Source: a virus (lineage: Duplodnaviria; Caudoviricetes). Taken from it: a stretch of 64,000 nt of DNA. The notes under the pieces were generated by a model. The model had not been told where the DNA came from. It saw only the letters and a list, made by a program, of their open reading frames with translations, and searched no databases. Within the stretch, counting starts at the first letter, position 1; each line of letters starts with the position of its first letter. Shown piece after piece: positions 59,209-64,000 of this stretch. The stretch spans positions 1 to 64,000 of IMG/VR virus record IMGVR_UViG_3300026549_000032. The stretch is one strand, 5' to 3'. Made by a program: the position numbers and the translations under genes.

Positions 59209-61029
59209 ATGGCACTAATAGTAGGTGATAATTTTAGTTATAAAGGCCAGAAACCGAATTTTGAGAGAGATACTTTCTCAACTCTGGCTGCAATGAAAAG
59301 TTTCCCTACCACAAGTATAGACGAAGGTCACATATCTCTATGTCTTGAGGATGGAAAACGATATAAATATTCTGCAAGCTTTTCCAATGATCCTACCCTG
59401 GGGAAGTGGAGAAGAGTTATTGATTCTGTATTGGATGCCTCCTCTGAAAATCCAGTTCAAAATAAAGTAATATTATCAAAGTTTAGGGAAGATGAAGCAG
59501 CCTTTGCCCAACAGATTGCAGCTCTCTCACAGACTACTGCAACAAACCTAGAGGGAACAAGGCAAGCTTTACTTGCGGAAGATGCAAGAAATAGAAGTGA
59601 GATAGAAGCCCTTATCCAAGCTGGTTCTACTGCTGCCTCTACGGCATTAGCCAACCTGAGAAAAGACGTTGAGGATGACGAAGCTGCTACAGCTGCCGCA
59701 CTTAACGACAAGGTTAGCCAGAGCAGAACTATCAATGGATATGACCTGAGTGAAGATGTTATCCTAAGCAAAGCTGATGTAGGTCTCGGTGAAGTAGACA
59801 ATACAAGCGATGCTGACAAACCAGTTTCCACTCTGACACAGTTAGCCCTCGATAAGAAGGTTGACAAGCAAACGGGTTACTCTCTCATCTCTACTGCAGC
59901 TCTTACCAAATTAAATAATCTCCCGTCACAGTCAGAACTTTCGGGAGAGCTACAGACGCTTAGTGGAAATATAAGTGATCACGTAGCTGACAAGGATAAT
60001 CCTCATGAAGTAACAAAAACACAAGTTGGATTAGGAAACGTAGACAACACGAGCGACGCTGATAAGCCTGTATCCACAGCTACTCAGACCGCCTTGGATG
60101 GTAAAGTTTCTAAAACAACTACAGTCAATGGTCACGCCTTAGACACAGACATCACTATCCTGAAAGGTGATGTAGGTTTAGGGAACGTAGATAACACGAG
60201 TGATCTTGACAAACCAGTATCTACCGCGCAACAGGCAGCCATCGACGAACTCGGTCGAAATGCTAGTTCTGCCTTGAATGACTTGAGATCAACAGTTGAA
60301 TCTGTAGAAACCTCTTTGAATGATAGTAGTGAGGCCTCTGCATCGGCAATAAATGAGTTGGCAGGTATCCTGAAAAACCTGACCATTAATGGCAAGCCGT
60401 TGGATGGGACAAACTTCGTTATCACAAAAGAGGACGTTGGCTTAGGGAATGTGGAAAATGAAAGCACTTCCTCTATGCCTGTTAGTACAGCTACACAGGA
60501 AGCTCTCAATGCAAAGGTAGATAAAGTTACCACTGTTAATGGACACTCTCTAGCAGCTAATGTAACTGTCACTAAGGAAGATGTTGGCTTAGGAAATGTT
60601 GATAATACTAGTGATGCTAACAAACCTATCTCAACAGCAACACAGAGTGCACTGGATGGGAAAGTAAGTACTAGTACAACAGTTAACGGCCATGCTCTTA
60701 GTGGGAATGTGGAAGTAACGAAGACCGATCTTGGATTAGAGAATATAGAATCTGTTGTTCTTCAAGGTGGGGTTGCTGCTGCACTTACAGACATTAATGC
60801 GGACGTCCAAACTTTGACGACTACTGTTCAGACTAATGAAACTGTAGTAGCCGCCGCATTAAATGGGCTCATACTGCCTCATAACGTACTGAAATTCTGG
60901 ATAGGTACGGAAACTCAGTATCAAAACTTAGAAGGATACTCCGAGAATACTCTTTATGTAATCACTGAGGATGATACCGAGACATTACCTACCCCAGAAC
61001 AGGTTGAACCAGAACCAATGGAGCCGTAA
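59209..61029 (+). CDS. Tail fibre protein with DVGLGNVDNTSD repeats
   Basis: Five full and one partial 'K.DVGLGNVDNTSD..KPVSTA.Q.ALD.KV' repeats. The C-terminal 'WIGTETQYQNL....NTLYVIT' is a docking-type motif. Confidence 0.8.
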   Translation: MALIVGDNFSYKGQKPNFERDTFSTLAAMKSFPTTSIDEGHISLCLEDGKRYKYSASFSNDPTLGKWRRVIDSVLDASSENPVQNKVILSKFREDEAAFAQQIAALSQTTATNLEGTRQALLAEDARNRSEIEALIQAGSTAASTALANLRKDVEDDEAATAAALNDKVSQSRTINGYDLSEDVILSKADVGLGEVDNTSDADKPVSTLTQLALDKKVDKQTGYSLISTAALTKLNNLPSQSELSGELQTLSGNISDHVADKDNPHEVTKTQVGLGNVDNTSDADKPVSTATQTALDGKVSKTTTVNGHALDTDITILKGDVGLGNVDNTSDLDKPVSTAQQAAIDELGRNASSALNDLRSTVESVETSLNDSSEASASAINELAGILKNLTINGKPLDGTNFVITKEDVGLGNVENESTSSMPVSTATQEALNAKVDKVTTVNGHSLAANVTVTKEDVGLGNVDNTSDANKPISTATQSALDGKVSTSTTVNGHALSGNVEVTKTDLGLENIESVVLQGGVAAALTDINADVQTLTTTVQTNETVVAAALNGLILPHNVLKFWIGTETQYQNLEGYSENTLYVITEDDTETLPTPEQVEPEPMEP

Positions 61030-61139
61030 TGAAATTGAAATTAGGACAAGAGACCCCGAAAGAAATACGCTTAGGGACTCTGGAAGTAAAGAAACTCTTC
61101 TTAGGAAGAACGCTTATCTACGATGTTGAAGCTGAATAG
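61029..61139 (+). CDS. 36-aa fibre-docking-like peptide (missing from the ORF track)
   Basis: TAATG overlap with the fibre stop codon; translates as MKLKLGQETPKEIRLGTLEVKKLFLGRTLIYDVEAE*. Confidence 0.65.
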   Translation: MKLKLGQETPKEIRLGTLEVKKLFLGRTLIYDVEAE

Positions 61140-61551
61140 ATTTATATCAATGACTTCTCCGGTGGGTACTTGGGAACCTTCTCAACTCATCGGAGCTAGA
61201 GTCAAAGTAAAGTCCATGTCTCTTCGTTCCTCACTTTTTGGTTTCGATTCCGATTCAATCTATGTAATCACTGACGTGGGTTTCCGAATGTCAAAACTCG
61301 GAAAAGCTTACGGAGTAGTTTACTTAGATGGTTTTGGTACAAAAGAGTTCGTGTGGAAAGACCTAGAGATTCTAAGTCTGGATACTACACTCTACAAAAA
61401 AGCTATTTGCGGACAATTCTGTTGTGGTGGTTCACTGGTGGGATGGCAACTTACGCCAAACGATTCCTATGACGATGAATGGGATGATGGCGATAACTTG
61501 ACTAACCCAGAAGAGAATGAGACGGGTGAGGATGGAGATTTACTTGATTAG
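61123..61551 (+). CDS. Hypothetical protein (SH3-like N-terminus, Cys cluster, acidic tail)
   Basis: 'LIGARVKVK', 'ICGQFCCGG', and a D/E-rich end. Confidence 0.6.
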   Translation: MLKLNRFISMTSPVGTWEPSQLIGARVKVKSMSLRSSLFGFDSDSIYVITDVGFRMSKLGKAYGVVYLDGFGTKEFVWKDLEILSLDTTLYKKAICGQFCCGGSLVGWQLTPNDSYDDEWDDGDNLTNPEENETGEDGDLLD

Positions 61552-61553
61552 TT

Positions 61554-62144
61554 ATGATCTTAAGGTATACACGATTTGAAAAAATTTATAGTTCTCGGGA
61601 AGAGGCTATAACCAAATTAAATAACACCTCCCGATACTATGCCGAAAACGTAGCAATCAGGTATAAATCGGGCGAAAAGGTATGTATAATGCTTGCCCTT
61701 TATCAGAGCACGACGAAGGGTGATTATACTATCAACTATGACTCCGGTGGTAATTCAAGTGGAGGAGGTTCAATAGGTTCTGGTGCTGTCAAAGAAGTAA
61801 CTCGTAGAAATGCGACAGAGACTGACTTAGATGCACTGAATCGAGCCTACTTCGGAAGTACTCCCGGGGAAGGAGACATGGTTATTATTAACACTAGGGG
61901 AACGGACTACAAAGCCATCTACTTCTATCATGGAAGTTCTTGGATATGCTTGTCAGGGACAGACGAAATAGAGGGAAGAAGTTCAACCACATTAAATCTA
62001 TCTGTAAACACAGATAAGATAACTGGACTGACTACAATTTATGGAGAAGTTCCTATCGACAACAGTTCTATTGTGGTGGATGCAGTTACGAAGAAACTTA
62101 GGGTTAATATAATCGATGGAGGAAATTTAAGCGACCTGATATGA
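61554..62144 (+). CDS. Fibre-associated protein
   Basis: N-terminus 'IYSSREEAITKL...VAIRY' resembles the N-terminus of 42054; Gly linker; ends with 'IIDGGNL'. Confidence 0.55.
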   Translation: MILRYTRFEKIYSSREEAITKLNNTSRYYAENVAIRYKSGEKVCIMLALYQSTTKGDYTINYDSGGNSSGGGSIGSGAVKEVTRRNATETDLDALNRAYFGSTPGEGDMVIINTRGTDYKAIYFYHGSSWICLSGTDEIEGRSSTTLNLSVNTDKITGLTTIYGEVPIDNSSIVVDAVTKKLRVNIIDGGNLSDLI

Positions 62145-62482
62145 AAAATTCTTACAAAAAGACAAAGTGGGTCGACAATAAGACTCCAGTCTGCGCTCAA
62201 AACTTAAATAAGATTGAGAATGCGCTCTCTGAGATATACGAGAAGTGTCCAGAGAAAGATTCGTTTAAAGAGGGTAATGGAATTCTCTTTGATAATGATA
62301 ATGAAGGAAACACTGTGATTGGTGTAGATAGTACTGTCTTGACTTCTATTACGTGTACTGGCATTGAAGTTGTCACTGAGGAGCCACTTAACCCTATAAA
62401 AAATAAAATGTACTTTGTGCTCAATCAGGATATGTACCTGAGCAAGGTACAGATGAATGGTATAACATTATTTGAAATCTAA
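62141..62482 (+). CDS. Small fibre/baseplate adaptor
   Basis: 'YKKTKWVDNKTPVCAQNLNKIENAL' is a common fibre N-terminal motif. Confidence 0.6.
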   Translation: MKNSYKKTKWVDNKTPVCAQNLNKIENALSEIYEKCPEKDSFKEGNGILFDNDNEGNTVIGVDSTVLTSITCTGIEVVTEEPLNPIKNKMYFVLNQDMYLSKVQMNGITLFEI

Positions 62483-62488
62483 TAAATT

Positions 62489-63085
62489 ATGCCAGCAGAG
62501 ATACAAAGAATCAAACTCCTGAGAGGAACAGCAGAAACACTATTAGAGAGCAATGCTATCCTAGAGAATGGTGAAATCTGCCTAATTAATAGCTCAGGGG
62601 ATAAAAATATAAATGAATATGATTCTCTTGTAATCGGAAATGGTGAAACAGAAGCAAGATCGCTAAAACTTATACCATTAAATGTCTCTAAAGGTTCTGT
62701 ATTCCTGGGTACAGCTGATAACGAAACTATACCCGCAAGTAAACCAACATGTTCTGTATACTACTTAGCACTAACGCCGGGTACTTATAGCGGGTTTGGA
62801 AATATAGTTGTAGAACCTGGAGAAATTGTATTCTTAGTCTACCAATATGGTGGCTGGTGCAAAATAAAAATAATCCAGGTGGATGAAGAATTAAGCGAGA
62901 CTTCTACAAATCCAGTTCAAAATAAAGTGCTCTATAGAGCATTAAAAGATCTGGAAAGTAAAATCGTAGAAGGTGCAATTAAGGTTCCAGTTGATTCTGA
63001 GTTTTCCGATGAATCAGAGAATCCGATAATGAACCGTACCGTTACTCGTAAATTTAACGAATTCGAGTGGTACGAAGAAGCATAA
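62489..63085 (+). CDS. Fibre protein with an Mtd-N/hyaluronidase-N-like domain
   Basis: 'IKLLRGT.......NAILENGEI...LVIGNG' and two 'VD.E.S..S.NP..N' repeats also seen in 59209. Confidence 0.6.
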   Translation: MPAEIQRIKLLRGTAETLLESNAILENGEICLINSSGDKNINEYDSLVIGNGETEARSLKLIPLNVSKGSVFLGTADNETIPASKPTCSVYYLALTPGTYSGFGNIVVEPGEIVFLVYQYGGWCKIKIIQVDEELSETSTNPVQNKVLYRALKDLESKIVEGAIKVPVDSEFSDESENPIMNRTVTRKFNEFEWYEEA

Positions 63086-63111
63086 ACCTATTAAAATTTT
63101 ATTAATTTATT

Positions 63112-64000
63112 ATGGCTCAAACCATTTTTAATAAATTTTTGTTCTATAGAACAGTGTCTGCTTTTAACACTGCTCTTGAAAATGAAGCATTTAGCTCCAA
63201 TTCGATCGTATTTGTAGGTCAGGAAGCAAGTGTAGATCCTAAACTCGATGAAGTTCATTTTATTTACACTCACGGTAAACGATTTGACACTGACTTTGAT
63301 CCCTCTACTATAGAAGCCGCCATTGATGCACTTGATGGTCGTCTTGATATTATTGAAGGCAGTAATACTACTGAGGGCTCTATTGCAAAGGCTGTAAAAG
63401 ACCTACAAGATACTCTTGAAGGCATTATTGGCACAGGCTTCGCTGCTACTGAGGGCAATACCATTGCTGAAAAGCTTACTGCAGAAACTACTGCACGTAC
63501 GAACGCTGATACGGCAATCAATGATAAGATCGGTACTGGTTTCGACTCTACTAACACCGTATCTAAGGCTATATCTGACGAAGCTACAGCTCGTGGAAAT
63601 GCCGATACAGCAATTCAAAACCAGATCGGTACAGGTTTCTCATCTGCTAGTGGTAATACAATTGCTGAGCGTGTTGTAGCTGCTGAGAATGCTATTACTA
63701 CTTTGAATAGTGGTAATACAGTTGCTGGATCAGTAGATAAGAAGGTTAAGGACGCAATTGATGCTCTTGGTTCAGGTACTGCTCAGACTGTATCCGGAAA
63801 AGCTATCATATCTGTTACAGAATCTGCTGGCGTCGTCACGGCTGAATCAGGTAATATCGATGCTCAATATGTAAATTATACTCCTCAGGGAGAAGAAGGA
63901 GCAAAGGATACTCTTAATACCAATGTTCAGACGGTTCTTGCTGAAATCTTCCAGAAGATCGCAGAGAACGAAGAAGCTGGTGAAGTAGCTGTCTACAAAA
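63112..64000 (+). CDS. Coiled-coil tail-fibre-like protein, 3'-truncated (missing from the ORF track)
   Basis: ATG 63112 opens 'MAQTIFNKFLFYRT...IYTHGKRF', with three 'IGTGF...NT' repeats and 'E.TAR.NADTAI' repeats. No stop codon was seen before the window end. Confidence 0.75.
   Translation, partial: MAQTIFNKFLFYRTVSAFNTALENEAFSSNSIVFVGQEASVDPKLDEVHFIYTHGKRFDTDFDPSTIEAAIDALDGRLDIIEGSNTTEGSIAKAVKDLQDTLEGIIGTGFAATEGNTIAEKLTAETTARTNADTAINDKIGTGFDSTNTVSKAISDEATARGNADTAIQNQIGTGFSSASGNTIAERVVAAENAITTLNSGNTVAGSVDKKVKDAIDALGSGTAQTVSGKAIISVTESAGVVTAESGNIDAQYVNYTPQGEEGAKDTLNTNVQTVLAEIFQKIAENEEAGEVAVYK

Noticed and set aside
63091-63679. Short ORFs listed at the right end
   Set aside because: They are explained by the unlisted + strand ORF starting at 63112 that runs off the window.
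1-64000. Stop-codon reassignment (TAG/TGA recoding as in some gut phages)
   Set aside because: Coding density under the standard code is near complete with multi-kb ORFs, and TAG and TGA both end genes at sensible junctions.

Overview
This is a 64 kb late (structural) region of a large contractile-tailed dsDNA phage with a T4-like baseplate plan. It uses the standard genetic code and almost all genes are on the + strand, tightly packed with ATGA/TAATG overlaps. AT-rich starts without Shine-Dalgarno sites and the gene families present suggest a Bacteroidota host (inference). The order runs: giant acidic-repeat protein with a tube-like C-terminus (5'-truncated), sheath-like protein, tail tube, ferritin-like and accessory genes, GIY-YIG homing endonuclease, DUF5675. 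Next is an AT-rich cassette made of a ~570 nt structured non-coding region, an SF2 helicase-like gene and a GIY-YIG/T5orf172-like nuclease; the two proteins share a C-terminal domain. After it come the tail chaperone pair (probable +1 frameshift), a tape measure protein with lysozyme and SGNH domains, and hub/spike/wedge genes with large baseplate or fibre proteins. The right part holds a T4 gpT-like holin, a giant metallophosphoesterase next to a giant CotH-kinase/LRR protein, an amidase and a cluster of modular fibre proteins (3'-truncated). The best candidates for an undescribed system are (1) the structured-element/helicase/nuclease cassette at 12.3-15.9 kb and (2) the phosphatase/kinase giant pair at 43.6-56.4 kb. 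All family calls come from motif recognition by eye; no database search was run.
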